Shown here: positions 35,589 to 49,803 of the stretch, one piece after another
Layout of the letters: the number at the start of each line of letters is the position of its first letter
Position numbering within the stretch: the first letter of the stretch is position 1
From: Octopus sinensis
Taxonomy: Eukaryota
Assembly: GCF_006345805.1 (NCBI RefSeq)
Contig: NC_043005.1
Span: 38,192,001-38,256,000, forward strand
Direction: 5' to 3'
Length of the DNA stretch: 64,000 nt
The notes under the pieces: model-generated
The model's input: the letters and a program-made list of their open reading frames with translations, nothing else
Database searches by the model: none
What the model was told of the DNA's origin: nothing
Translations under genes and position numbers: made by a program

Positions 35589-37237
35589 TTAATGGCATTT
35601 GTTTTATTGACTGTTGGTGGGCCCTGGTTTAATACCTCATTATCTAGCTAATGTGTGTTTTTAGTTGACCCTATTCCATTACAAACATTCAGAACAAGTG
35701 ATTGGTTTCAGAATTAATTCTTCCCTTCCCAGCCACCACCACCACCACCACCAGTTGTGAAAGTCCCAGAAAAATTGTGGGTGCTGCTTTTCCACCTCTG
35801 ATGAAGAATAAATTTTAAAATGCAATCCCTACAGATACCAGCTGTGTATAGAGGTAGGAATAGAATACATCTTGTGGATATGTACATGATATAAAAATAT
35901 ATTTAAGATTTACAAAATTTTTTTTGTAATGATAATGAACTAATTGTATACAGTGTTCAGATGCTCTATGGTCACCAGAAAAGAATTAAAAATGTGGTGG
36001 GGGATTCAGAAAGCAACTGTAAGTCAAGTAAAGTGAGATACAAATGCAAAATAGAAATACATGGACAGTACATGAAATAAAACATAAAAAGACAGAACAG
36101 TGAACATTATAAGACCCATGAAAAGGAAAGGGTGTATAGGCACATCAAGAAGTTGCAGATTTCAGGAAGCATAGAATTTTTGAAGAAAATGATACATCTA
36201 TACAATATATTTGTGGACAGAAAAAGAGGCGAAACAGTTGTACATATGTTTAGTTTCTAGTTGGGCTTGTCATCAGTATTAATCGATTCAGGGTTTTTGC
36301 AGTATTGCAGTGTTTGCTTATGCTATGTGTCTAATAATACCAAAGGTGTGATTGCTCTCAAGAACCAGTTTAACCTCTCACATGTTCCACTATGAAAAAC
36401 TCTTTCAGTAACATTAAATTTTAACATCTACAGCTTGCTACAAAGTTCTCCATTCTTCTTGCATGCAGTCACCTACAACCACAACTACTACACCTACAAC
36501 TACTACTGCATCTACTACCATTTATCCAACTCTATAACCTCTACTACACCTCATACACATACTATCACTAATATTACTAATACATATGCTATCACTATAT
36601 CCACTGAAACTATGGTTTCTGCTATATCTGTAAGTAATGTCATTTTTATATTCAGCGTTAAACAGTTCAAAATTTAAGAATTACCATGGCCATGAGATGA
36701 AGAAGATTGCTTTGCAGCTATGTGGTTTTAAGTTTAGTCCTACTGTGCAGTACCAAAGTCAGTTGTCTTTTGTTATAATTTGGGCAGATGCTTATTGTAT
36801 GAATGTATGTGTGTATACATGTGTGAGTTAAGTAATGAGCCAAATGAAGAAGACAAAATGAGAGGGGTAAAACTTATTAATGACATTATTTGTTTAATGC
36901 TTAAAGGGAAGAGAAAGAAATGAAAGAGGGAAAAAAGGAAGAGAAGAAGAAAAGGTTATGAGAAAGGAAGGGAACAGAAATGGAAGGTGCAGAGATTGGA
37001 CATGTTGGGAGGGAGGGATTGAGGCAAACAGAGAGAAGAGGGAGAAGTAGGAAGGAAAAGAAAGAATAAAGATATATGGTGGTCACATGACATCATGTAC
37101 AGTGAAGAGAGCAGTCAAAAAAGAGAGAATCATTCTGCATAAGTGCTAAGCACTTGTGTGTGTGTGTGTGTGTGTGTGTGTGTCTATGTCAGTGTTTATG
37201 TTGGGTCTCTTTATTTACTGAAACAATGTTATCAACT

Positions 37238-37625
37238 GTGGAGGCGCAATGGCCCAGTGGTTAGGGCAGTGGACTCGCGGTCATAGGATCGTGGTTTCGA
37301 TTCCCAGACCGGGCGTTGTGAGTGTTTATTGAGCAAAAACACCTAAAGCTCCACGAGTCTCCGGCAGGGGATGGTGGTGATCCCTGCTGTACTCTTTCAC
37401 CACAACTTTCTCTCACTCTTACATCCTGTTTCTGTTGTACCTGTATTTCAAAGGGCTGGCCTTGTCACTCTCTGTGTCATGCTGAATATCCCCGAGAACT
37501 ACGTTAAGGGTACACATGTCTGTGGAGTGCTCAGCCACTTACATGTTAATTCCACGAGCAGGCTGTTCCGTTGATTCGGATCAACCGGAACCCTCGTCAT
37601 CGTAACCAACAGAGTGCTTCCAACA
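37238..37625 (+). mobile_element. Full-length family D SINE with target-site duplication
   Basis: GTTATCAACT at 37228-37237 and 37626-37635; A and B boxes intact. Confidence 0.92.
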
Positions 37626-39221
37626 GTTATCAACTAAATGCATCTAGGTGTTGCCCCTTGACCATTTCCAAACAAGTATTTGCTAATTGTTTCAAGTATC
37701 CATTTAGTTGCAACTTGACATAAACACCATCTTGGCAGCCTGACACTTTATCTAGAGGACATGATACCTGGAGAGAGAGAGGGCTGAACCAGAATGAGAT
37801 TGGGACTTACTTTCAGCTGAGTAGATTGGAGCAATAATATTTTATGTGCCTTGTTTGAGGTCACAGTACACCACCTGGTCTAGGAACCTGACCTCACAAT
37901 CTTCAGATAAACATCATAACCAGTTGGCAATACATGTTCATGGAGATTAATGTAGAAACCCCAGGATTAATCAGTAGAAGTGGACACAAGAACTATGTAG
38001 TGTAGGGAAAGTGATCTTACTCAATATATTGCAAATTTTGTTGAATCTTTGGAGGGTCATTAGGCCAATAATAAACACATGCACTGGTTCTATTTCACTT
38101 TATTTTTATTTGTCAAGTGGTTAACCATTTAAATAATTATCTAATTGACTGCTTAGTTTAATAAACTGGATTTTGACAAATCTAGTTGATTGATTGAACC
38201 AAAGATTTATCAAACAACTGATTATTTAATTTGTGAAATGGTTTACTAGCTGATTGATAATAATAAGTGAAATAGAATCAGTGCATGTGTTTATTATTGG
38301 TATTATGACATTCCCAAAGAACATCAAAATATGTTTCAACACACAAGTTCACATCAATAATCTTGCAAACCAATACAAAAATGAAACAGCAAATTTATTT
38401 TCAGAAATGCAGTTCTATATAGTCAATGTTAATAATGGCCAGACAAATGCCACATACTTTCTTGGAAACAGAATTTTAGACATACTTGGTACCAGAGTGC
38501 GTGGGAGTAGGTGCAGCCATCAAATAAATATAACATCATACAACAGAATAACTGTGTTATCTGACTATGAGATATAATTATGGTTGGAGATAGTATTAAT
38601 AAAAATATACAAGTGGGAGTAATTTGGAAAAAATAATTCTAATCCCAGTTTTGTCACAAGATGGATGGGCAAACATACTCTCTCCTTAGAACCTGAAATG
38701 AATCTAATAACATCATCAACTGGAAACCAGAATAACAAGAGAAGGAAGAAAGTGGTGATATATAGACTCCAGTATGTATACAGCTGACACATATTTTATT
38801 CATAACATAAATACGTTAGGTACAGGTATGGTTGTGTTGGTTACTAAGTCTGCTTCTTTAACATGTGATCTTAGATTTAGTCCAATTGTGAGGAACTTTC
38901 GAAAAGTAGCTTCTGAAAGCCTTTGTGAGTGGAATTGCAGAAAATGAAAGAAGCCAGTCAAATATACATGTGTGCGTGGGAGAATGTGTGTGCGTGTTTG
39001 AGTAAATATATACACACACAACTTATTTTTTATATCATATATACCTCTCTTTTATGTCAAGTTATATAAAAAACAAAAACAAAGGATTGCTCAATACATT
39101 TTTGTGGAATACATGTTTATTAAGCTTTTACAAGGAAAAGGCTGACAGTTACTTCAAGGTTTCAGCTTGCTCACCAGTCACTGTCAACCTTTTCTTTGTA
39201 AAAATTTGATAAACATATGTA

Positions 39222-39268
<47 letters not shown>

Positions 39269-40224
39269 ATTTACACTTCTCTGCAGATTTGTTCAGCTAC
39301 AATCAGTGACACTGCTATTGTTTCCCCCATTGACAGGCTGACTGCTAGCTTTGTGCCTTTAAAGTTTCGTGGAATAAGATATCACATACAGGAATGGTTA
39401 GTGACAAGACAAGAAAGATATCTGGCTGTAAAACAATGCCACAGTGATATGTCCAAGCTGTGCTAGTATGGAAAAATAGACATAAAAATATGTTGCTGAA
39501 ATACTTTGCAACAGAAAGGGTGCCTGGCTATAAAACAGTGCCTCAATAATATATATATCCAACCCATGCGAGCATGGAAGATGGGTTGATTGATGATGAA
39601 GATATGTGTGAATAAGGTGAGGAAAAGAAAACTGCAAGATGAGGTTTGGGATACAAGCAAAACAAAATGGAACAAATCCAGCTAGTAAGTACAACTAAAT
39701 AATTGGTTTATTCATCTCTTTTGATGTGGTTGAACAACCAATCCAAACCAGTTGGGATTCACAGTGCAGGTTGTACTATTCATTATTTTGATTGCTGAAT
39801 AAAAAAGCATGGCTCACAAAGGCCCTCTGGGTGAGTTTCCTGAATCACAATCAATCACACCTTTGTATAACAATCTGCCACAAGATTTTACAACTGAGTG
39901 GACTGCAGCAATAGGAAATTAACTGTTTTACTCAAGAACACAATCTAGGAATTGAAACTGCGATCTTGCAATCATGGGTGCATCCTAATCGCTAGACCAT
40001 ATGCCCTTGCACATTTTTGGATGGCCATTGATTTTTTGGAGTACCTCTGCCCTTTAATGAGTTTTGATTTCCCTCCCACAGCATGTCCAATAAATCACCC
40101 TCCTCAGCAAGCTTGCTTGTTACCAGTTTAGTTGCCAACGATCTGACCAGTAACAAATTGTACTATTGGGTTACAGGTTACCAGTAGCACTTGAGAGACC
40201 ATTAGTTTCAACAATGAGGACTCA

Positions 40225-40375
40225 GTCCAATCAAATGAATTATTTGTTCATTTGATCAACATGTAAGAGGCTGAGTATTCCACAGACATGTATACCCTTA
40301 ACATAATTCTCAGGCAGAATCAGTGTGACAAATGTTTGACAGGGCTGTATCGTTTAAATTACAAGTACAATCCAT
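40225..40375 (-). mobile_element. Family D SINE 3' domain, degenerate
   Basis: GGCTGAGTATTCCACAGACATGTATACCCTTAACATAATTCTC matches 3850-3895. Confidence 0.75.
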
Positions 40376-43300
40376 CTGACTTGCTTCTTTGCAATTTCTG
40401 TCGTCCCAGTTTCACTGACAGAGTATAAGTTGACCTGAAGTTAAAAGAAATGACATTTACTCAAGGTGTCTCATAATGAGATCAAACCTGGGACCTTATG
40501 GTTGCAAGGCTAACTTCTTTACCACACAGCCATAATGCACCTATAATATTTGGTATGCTATATGTAGGTATTATAATATTCATTATACACAAAACAAGCT
40601 GTCAAAATAAAACATACACTCAGGCAGACAATCAAATGTGAGAAATAGATAAACACTTGAGACACACTAGACAAAATGAAACAAAGATTTGAATACAAAG
40701 AAAGCAAAACAATTAAAATCTTGTGTTGATAGAAACTGATTTGGTTTTTGTTTATAAAAGACACTGTAAAAGCGATATTTAAGAAGTATGGCACAATATA
40801 GAAATCGTTGTTCTTTAAACTGAGGTCACTCTGAATACAACATTAAGGTCATTTTACTCACATTTGCCATTCCCATGTATTGTATATCTAGGACTCCATT
40901 ATTTAATGTAGTTCTTTTATATTAAGATGGTAAGGGTAACTTAACCATTTTGTCACCACATTCTTTATTTCAATACATTTTTGAAATAATGAAGACTTTG
41001 ATAAAATAACTTGATCAATATTAAGCAAGTGCTTGGAACTTAAATGAACATGAAAGTTTGATGCTAGATTTTCATTTAGATCAATTTAAGTCAGGAATTT
41101 TGTATCATAGGACCAGAGTCTGTTTCAGATGGATTGGTATCAAAAGACTTAATCCTATGTTAGTTTTGATAATGATAACATTACTGTTTAATCTTATTCT
41201 TACCATATTTTGGTTAGAATACACAACCCAAGTTTCAATTAATTTAGGATAATGAAAAATTCATAAAAACAGGAAGATTGTATCATAGAATTAGGGTCAG
41301 TGCCAGGTAGGTTGATTTCAAGAGTTAAAGAGGATTTAGTTACTATTTCAAGCAGGTTAAGTGGCCACATAGAGTCTTCTGCACTGATTCAGCAACCACC
41401 AATAAGATATAAAATATACTGAAAGAATCACTGACCAAAAGAAATTAGACCACATTTGTTGCATGACAATATTATATTTAGAAGGAACTCTGCACACCAG
41501 TTATTTGAGAAAGTAGCTTTGTTAGTATTTAGTTGCAGGATCTCACCCCAACAATTCATCTTCTTAATTCACCTGCTACACATGTCCTCCACTCACTGCA
41601 ATCTCTCCTCTATCTACTGCTCTCCTTTCACATTCTTGCAAACTTACCTACCCACTCAGCCTATCCAATCCTCTCTGCCACTGTTTTCACCTCCCTGTAA
41701 CTTGAAGGTATGCCCCGATATATTTTTTTTATCACCTCTCTCTCTCCTTTCTCTTTTTCAAATAGGGCAGCTATGTATTTCTGCTACAGCAAGACATCTG
41801 TTTCTGTCCTTCTATCATACTTTATTGATTTAACTCCTCATCACTTGGCACAAAGCCACTTCCCTCAATACTACTTCACCACCCTCTTCAGTTGAGAGGT
41901 CATGTCTTGCGAGTTACTTGAGGATCTTACTAGAGCTGGAACCATGTAAAAGCATCCAGTACATTCTGTAAAGTGGCTGACATTAGGAAAACCATCCAGG
42001 CATGGAAACCATTATGAAGCAAGCAGTGGAGCTTACTGCAGTCCTCTGGCTTTCCAACACCCATAGAACCATCCAGTTCATGCCAACATGGAAAATGGAC
42101 ATTAAAAGGCAATGATAAATGACTGTATTTGGATTGTACGATATATCTTAGCCTATAGACGGCATCTATGCAAGTCTTTAGAATAATATACAGGTGCAAA
42201 AACACGACAGTGCAGAAAACTGATGACATATATTAGAGAGACAGCCTGTGGCATAGGAAAGAGGATAAAAGTATACTGGCAAGAACTAAAAGAGGAGAAG
42301 AGCTTGTCAGTACTTTAGTAATATGCCAAACTAGAACATGGGGATTCAATAGATAACATAGAAGTTAGGATCCTATCGATACATAGAACCAACACAACAT
42401 TCAGATTTCAGAAGTCACACACATAATAGGAAGTAGACCAAGTCTCTACAGAAAACAAATGGAAGGGTAACACCACCATCCCATAACCTAATGACTAAAG
42501 ACAGAATAGGGCACATAAAATGGGGACAGTTACAAACAGTGCTATATACAAACCCATACACACAGGCACAGATGAAAATGCATGCACAGACAGGTATATG
42601 TACCACAGAAAGACAATATAGAATGAAGAGAATAAAGCCAGAAAGAAGAGGAGAGATACAGACAAGAAGAAGAAATAGTCATTGGGGAGGTCACAGTATG
42701 TGTGATGAAAGAGATTTGACAAAATAACCAATAACTAATAATAGTAATCCTGAAGTGAAAGTCAAAAAGTGTGTGCATTTATTTACAAAATGACCATCCC
42801 CAAATATAACAATATTTATTTCAACACAAGATTTCAAATCAAGAAACTAGCAAAGCAAATGCATGAATGAATGAATGAATGTATGCATGCATGTATGTAC
42901 GGACAGATGGATGGATGGAAGGAAGGATGGAAGGATGGACAGACGGACGGACATTCTTAATTCTTCCACGATTGACCCAGCAGATCATTTTTCATGTGAC
43001 AGCTGAAGGGAGGACAGAGGGTTACACCAGTATTTGGCTGGTACTCATTTTCAACTGAGTAAATGATAGAACTAACATGAATTGATATGCCTTTGCCCTA
43101 GGACATAAAGCACCGTGCATTTAAGGAATTGAACCCACAACCTTATAACAGTGAGCTGAGCACCCTAACCACCAAGCCACACACCTTCACTAGGCTTTTT
43201 GTACTATCATGTTAACCAAGTAGTCTTTTAAAGCAACATTAGTATTCTAATTGGCATCATTATTTTTCAAGTCTGCAGTTAATTGAGCTAGATTCATAGA

Positions 43301-43715
43301 ACATTTAAACATAAAGAATCACATTTAAATTGTCTTTATTCAACAAACGGAAATTACTTATAGAATAACCTGATTTTATTAGTATGTCCACTAGTGTTGC
43401 TGCTATCTTCATAACTAGTTTCTGCTACTTGTGTTGGCTGTTATAAAATTACTACCACTTAACGAAGTTATTCCAGCTATTACAACATTAATATTAAATA
43501 TAATGGACAAGAAGTATACCTTCTCAGTTTAATAACCAATAATTTACTCTTTGATCTAAGGATACAGACTGTGTGATGAAGACGTTTGTTCCACAACTAT
43601 GTGGTTTGAAGGTCAGTCCCACTTGGCCAAGTGTCTTCTACTATACTTGCAGGGACTGACCAAACCCTTGTGAATTAATTTGGCATATAGAAATTGAAAA
43701 GCAACTAGTCATATA

Positions 43716-43934
43716 CAAGGGGTGCTGAAAAGTTCCTGGCTTTGGGTGAAAAAAAAATACAGGAGGATCAGTTAATTATAATTTTATTCAACATATTCCC
43801 CTCTCAGATTCACACACTAATTACCACATCCCTTCAGTTTTTCTAAGCCCTGTAAATGGATTTAGAAAGTTGGGCCTCCAGCCAGGCCTTTTGTGATTTT
43901 CTTAAATCCAGGAAGTTTTTTGCATGCACTCATG
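43716..43934. mobile_element. Tc1/mariner-type MITE nested in a family A SINE
   Basis: TA|CAAGGGGTGCTGAAAAGTTCCTGG ... CCAGGAAGTTTTTTGCATGCACTCATG|TA; SINE sequence resumes on both sides. Confidence 0.8.
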
Positions 43935-44439
43935 TATGTGTGTGTCCTTGTCTTGACATTGCTCACTGATTGTAAACAAACTTTACTGTTATACTCGCAG
44001 TAATATTTGCTTGCAATTTTCCATGGAAACATGTATGGACAAGGGGAAACATTACTTTGCTTGGAGATAGGTGAAAGTTAGTGACAGGAAGAGTATTTGG
44101 TTGTAGAAACCCTATTGTTATAAATCTTGTTTGTACCATTCAAGCATGGGAAAACAGATATTACAATTTACAGTAATGACAATGGCAATAATGAAATGTG
44201 ATGATGATAATCATCCACACTATACACCAGTTATGGTTCTATCTCTATATCCACTCACCTACAGACTAACAGAATGTATAGAACAAATAAGGCCAAGAAG
44301 CAGACTAATATGAGTGGATGGATGGATGGATGGATGGATTTTCAGTGGTCGGAATATTTTTCTATGTAAATGAATTAATGCTCATTATAACCACCACTAA
44401 CAATAATACTATAAACAGTAATATTAGTCTCAGATTTTA

Positions 44440-44635
44440 GCACAACACAAGCAATTTTGGGGAGAGGGTTGTTGATTATATCAACCCCAGTGTTCAATTG
44501 GTTCTTATCATATTAACTCTGAAAGGATAAAAAGTAAAGTTGACCTCATCAGAATTTGAACTCAAGACATAAAGATGGACAAAGTGCCACTAAGAATTTT
44601 GTCTAGCATGCTAATGATTCTGCTGGCTTACTGCC
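44440..44635 (-). mobile_element. Family B SINE
   Basis: Matches 330-548. Confidence 0.85.
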
Positions 44636-44949
44636 TTACTATATACACTAATACTATTACAAACAACAGCATCATTACTTCTATTCTGATAACTGCTACG
44701 TTATTACTGCTTCAACGATTCATGCAGATACTAATGAAAAATTATGATTTGATGCTGCATGAACATTTTACACAAGGCAATTACATACATTAACATATTC
44801 TCCATGTTTACAATGCAATGCTTTGAATACTTAGCTTACTGCAGTAGGTCATGCACCAGCTTTTCAATGTGAAATAGCTGAAGCTAGTAATAAGTATTCT
44901 ACCATAAAACACTTGCTTCAAATCCATGAAATTTTTTTGATTTTCAAAG

Positions 44950-44964
44950 TCACTGATTTCAAAG
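44950..44964 (+). CDS. Candidate 15-nt microexon, TCACTGATTTCAAAG (xTDFK or SLISK)
   Basis: tttttttgattttcaaAG acceptor; AAG|GTAACC donor; frame-preserving. Confidence 0.3.
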
Positions 44965-45734
44965 GTAACCATGATATTTTTCTTTTGAGGAACATTTTCA
45001 AAGAGGAATGTTATTGCTTTTCCCATTTCTTGTTCTTTTCCTCTCTTGCAACTATTTTGACAACTACACTAGAGTTGGTAGCATGAAAAAAGAGCACTGA
45101 GTACACATTGTAAAGTGGTTGGCATTAGAAAGGGCACCCAGCTGTAGAAACCATGCAAAAGCTGACACTATAACACAACTCAAAACCTGTGGTTTACCAA
45201 ATCCTGTTAAACCATCCAACCCATGCCAGCATGGAAAATGGGCAGTAAATAATGATGGTGATGATGATGATAATGGTGGTGGTGGTGGCAGCGGTTTTGG
45301 TGGCACTTTCCAAAAGAAGGGAGAAGGAACAGAGATCCCATGCAGAATCTATTTCATTCAAGGAAAATATATTTGATGCCTTGCAGTTAATTTACCTTCA
45401 GGTTTATCATCTTTGTTGGTTGTCATCATCCTCATTCCTTTTATGTCCATTTTACAATGCTCTCATGATTTTGATGGGTCTTCCTTATCACAGCATTTTG
45501 GTATTTGCTGCTGTTTCTTGTCATCTCTTTTTAAGAAATTCAGTCAGAGATCATTTTCCATCACTTCTTCCTATCTCTTCCACAAGTTCCTTCTCCCTTA
45601 ATTGTTTGGCACCTCTTTACTCAACTGCCATTATCTATATATATAACATACATCCATACCAGTACTGTTTACTCTCTCTTGCACACTTCATTCAATTCCT
45701 CTTATTTTTTCTCTCAGCATATTTGTTCTTTGGC

Positions 45735-45915
45735 ATATGTGTACACTAGCATTCAAATCCAACAGAATGCTTGATTTCTTTCTAGCCTTTTCACATCCTC
45801 CATGTTTCACTATCCTGCAGCTACACATTTTGTACATAAGTGTCATACAATCAGCCTTTCACACAGAAAGAGAATCCCTCTGTTGCCTGCTGAAGTAAAA
45901 GCTCCTTGAGTTTTT
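45735..45915 (-). mobile_element. RTE-clade LINE fragment
   Basis: KLKELLLQQATEGFSFCVKG*LYDTYVQ..L.DSETW-EDVKRLERNQ resembles KGRLY.ACVR..MLHGSETW...ED..RLERNE. Confidence 0.7.
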
Positions 45916-46379
45916 TTTTTTTCTATCATATTAATATCCTTTTCCAATCACATAATTTCAAATTCAGTCTTGCTGCATGGCGACTTGGGCAAATGTCTTC
46001 TACTATAGCCCCAGGCCAACCAAAGCCTTGGGAATGGATTTGGTAGATGGAAACTGAAAGAAACCTATCATATATATCTATGCATGTATATATGCGAGTG
46101 TGTGTATTTGTCTCCCTGTCTTGAGACTGTATGATAGTTGTAAATGAGTTTCACTCTCATACAAGCAGTGTCATTCATTTACAATGTTCTGCAGAAACAT
46201 ATCTAGACTTTCTTAGAAACAAGTGAGTGTTGGCAACAGGGAGGGCATCCAGCCATAAAAAATCTGCCTCAATAAACTCCATTTGATCTGTGCAAGCATA
46301 GAAAAGTTGAGATTAAAACAATGATGAGGAGGAGGATTCTCCTGTGCATCTGCTACATGCAGTGCCTTCCTTCTGGGTT

Positions 46380-46870
46380 AGTCTTCCACTGATACAACTT
46401 TAATTCTTTCATGCCTAGGTTTACATTGCTGTATCTATATGACTGACTGAGTGATTAGTATATATTCCACGTTACTAGATAGTTTCAACATTTCAATTAC
46501 TACTCCATTGCCCAGTTACTACTTCTCATTTCATATCTTTAATCAAGCTATTGACTTTAATGCTGTCAACTTCAATGACTAATATTTCTGTTGGATCTGC
46601 TTCAAGAGGTCTCCTGCTTTCTCTCTCTCCCACTTATTCTTCTCATTCAGCAACCTCTTGGATTAAAATTTCCATACTTATTTCTTCTCTGTATCATTGA
46701 GGGCAAGTTTGCTGTATCATCTATATAATAAGTCTCTCTCTTCTTTCTTATCATATGCATTTCCTGTACTTTTTTTTAACTGGTTGAGGGATCTTTCTGC
46801 TTCTATATCTTCTTTCTTCACATTGTCATCTATCCATCAGAGATTCTGGGCCCTGATAGATGGCCAAAAT
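46380..46870 (-). mobile_element. RTE-clade LINE fragment (region upstream of the RT), heavily decayed
   Basis: KLALNDTEKK*VWK..KRLLNEKNKWERE and SLIKDMK..G..VVIEMLK; parallels 58962-59270. Confidence 0.6.
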
Positions 46871-48189
46871 ATTGCAGTGTTTACTATCTGACCATCATTA
46901 CCAACTTTCATTCAGTCTGCTTCAGGTTTGATTTACTCTTTCTACAGGCCAACCGACTGATTCACTGTGCTTGTATGTCATCTCAGATACCCTCAGTTGC
47001 TTAGTGATAGCTACCATTACAAGCTGTGGTTCTCACTGTTATACTGCTGTTGTCCAGGTTTAGTAAAACCAAAAATATCTAACATTTAATAACTGACTAA
47101 CAAATGTTATTGAATATTTCTCATTGGGTTAAACTCAATCAAACAATTTAAGTAACAACTCAAAGCATAGCAATATAAACATGGGTACCAAAATGTTCTT
47201 TTATCCTGTGAAAATGTTTCATTGTTCTGTAGAAAAAAATGCTTTTATCAAAATAGCAAAACATTTGAAAAATGATGAGAATTAAAAGATAAGTTTACAA
47301 GTTCATAGTTTTGATCATAATCACAACCCTAATGGTGTGTCCACCTATATTAAATTGTGTGACTTTTCACTTTATGGGGTTGCTGTCTTGCATAACTCAG
47401 TGATTGGCATAATTGAAAGTAATAAATTATGTATCAAAATGTTTAAATTTGCAGATCTTTTCAACCTATGCTAAAGTTTTGATCATAATCTCAAGCCTAG
47501 TGTTCTGTCCACAGATATCAAATTGTGTGGCATTTCACTTTACAGGATTGATGTCTTGTATAACCGAATGATTGCCATTACTGAAAATAGTAAATTATGT
47601 ATTAAAAATAACAAATGTACAGGCCTTTCCAGCCCATACTAAAAACATTATAAATAAAATAAAAAAACTTAAACATTTAAATATCCACCTTCTATCTCTC
47701 TCTCTCTCTCTCTTGATTTTATCTATTTATTCCAAAGGAAGTAATGAATTTTGATAGTTTTGTTGCAAGTAATGAATACCATAGAACAAGAGATTAGAAT
47801 TTTGGTGGTGGCATAAGACAAAATTGCAATCCAGTATATGAAGCCTACAAATGAATAATTTCTCTTTTAATAAAACATGCATAAATGTCATGTAAGTCTG
47901 TTTTCCCTTTCTCTAAAACTATATGACCAAATAAAAGATCTTAATATATGATAGTGTGAAAGAGTGTAGCATTCCTGATAGACATGATAGTTTACAACCA
48001 GAACTCATTTACGTTGAAAACATCAAAATATTTTTAATTTCTGCCAATTCAAGACTGTTGCAAAAACCACTCAAAACAGCAGATAATAAATATAAAAATA
48101 TTATATTAGGTGAGCTGAATGTAGGCTTGCTTCGTAGCCATGTGGTTTCAAGTTTGGTCCCACTGTGTGGCAGTGTTTTCTTATTTCTA

Positions 48190-48415
48190 TATTGCCCACT
48201 AGGGGCTAAACACAGAGGGAACAAACAAGGACAGACAAAGAGATTAAGTTAATTACATCGACCCCAGTGCATAACTGGTACTTAATTTATCGACCCCGAA
48301 AGGATGAAAGGCAAAGTTGACCTTGGCAGAATTTGAACTCAGAATGTAACAGCAGATGAAATACCGCTAAGCATTTTGCCCAGCATGCTAAAATTTCTGC
48401 CAGCTTGCTACCTTT
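48190..48415 (-). mobile_element. Family B SINE, variant with extended 3' end
   Basis: Near-identical to 13165-13392. Confidence 0.9.
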
Positions 48416-49721
48416 AATAGTGTTTTCTATATAAAACTTTAATAGTATTTTCCATAGTGTTTTCTACTATAAGTCCTGCACTAACCAGTGACTTGTGAGG
48501 AAATTTCATGGATGGAAGTTGTATAAAACTGCACCACGTGAATGTGCGTGTATTTGTGTTTTCAAGATGTCATTTCAGTTTCTTTATTTGAGCAAGAAAC
48601 AGTGTTGACAGGTTTAAATTCAAGGTAAATATTACATTCTGTATCTTTGAGGTTTTGAAATTAAGTGGGATAACCAAAAATCTCTAACTTGGAAAACAAG
48701 TACAAGTTTGTGACAGGAAGAGCATCTAGCCCCAAAATTTGCTTCAAATAAGAAGTCATCCAACCTTTCCAGTACAGAAATACAAGCATAATATGAACAA
48801 ATTGTGTGTGTGTGACAGACTCTCCTGTCAAAGATGATGTATGAGCATTCAGCTTTTTCTGAATGACCTGCACAAATGATTTGTTTATAGTGATCACTTT
48901 CTCCATCAAATCAGCGTTTTCTGAACATGTGCACTGTGTACCACACATCAGGTGCTGAAATGATTACAGAGCGATGTGAGATGAAGTGTTTTGCTCAAAA
49001 ACACAACACACCACCCAGTCTAGGAATTGAAATCACAATCTTGCAATTGTAAATGCAACACCGTAACCACTAATCCATGCGGCCTCACACACACATATAT
49101 ACACACATCCACTCCCCATACTTGCATGGACCAGATGAAATCCATTGAAACATGAGGCAGATTTTCCCACCAGTTTCTCAGAAAGGTAATATTTCCCCAT
49201 AATCAGTTTTACTTTTTACAGAAGATTGGAAACAACATCGCTTGTATGATAGTGATGTTTGTTTACAACAATGACATGATGTCGACCAGGATACCAAAAT
49301 ACACACACACAAATGATAGACTTCTTTCAGTTTCTATATATGAAATCTGCTCATAAGGCTTCATCCAGCCCTGGGCTATAGTAATAGATGCTTGCCCAAA
49401 ACACTGAGCAATGAGATTGAACACAAAACCGCAAAACAACATGCTCAGAAAGGAAGCTTCTCAACCATATCGGGCTGTGTTATCAAACAGATATACAATG
49501 TATGTATCTGTGTTTACCACCCCCATCACCACTTTTCAACCAGTGTTGGTGTGTTTACATCCTCGTAGCTTAGCAGTTCGGCTAAAGAGACTGATAGAAT
49601 AATTACTAGGCTTAAGAAATAATTCCTGAGGTCGATTTGTTCAACTAAAATCCTTCAAGGTGGTGCTCCAGTATGACTGTAGTTAAATGTCTGAAACAGG
49701 TAAAAGCACAAAAGAATACAT

Positions 49722-49803
<82 letters not shown>

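Noticed and set aside
39286-39466. Open phase-0 exon ICSATISDTAIVSP...
   Set aside because: It follows (GT)n and its 3' half matches the family C repeat tail, so it is probably repeat-derived.
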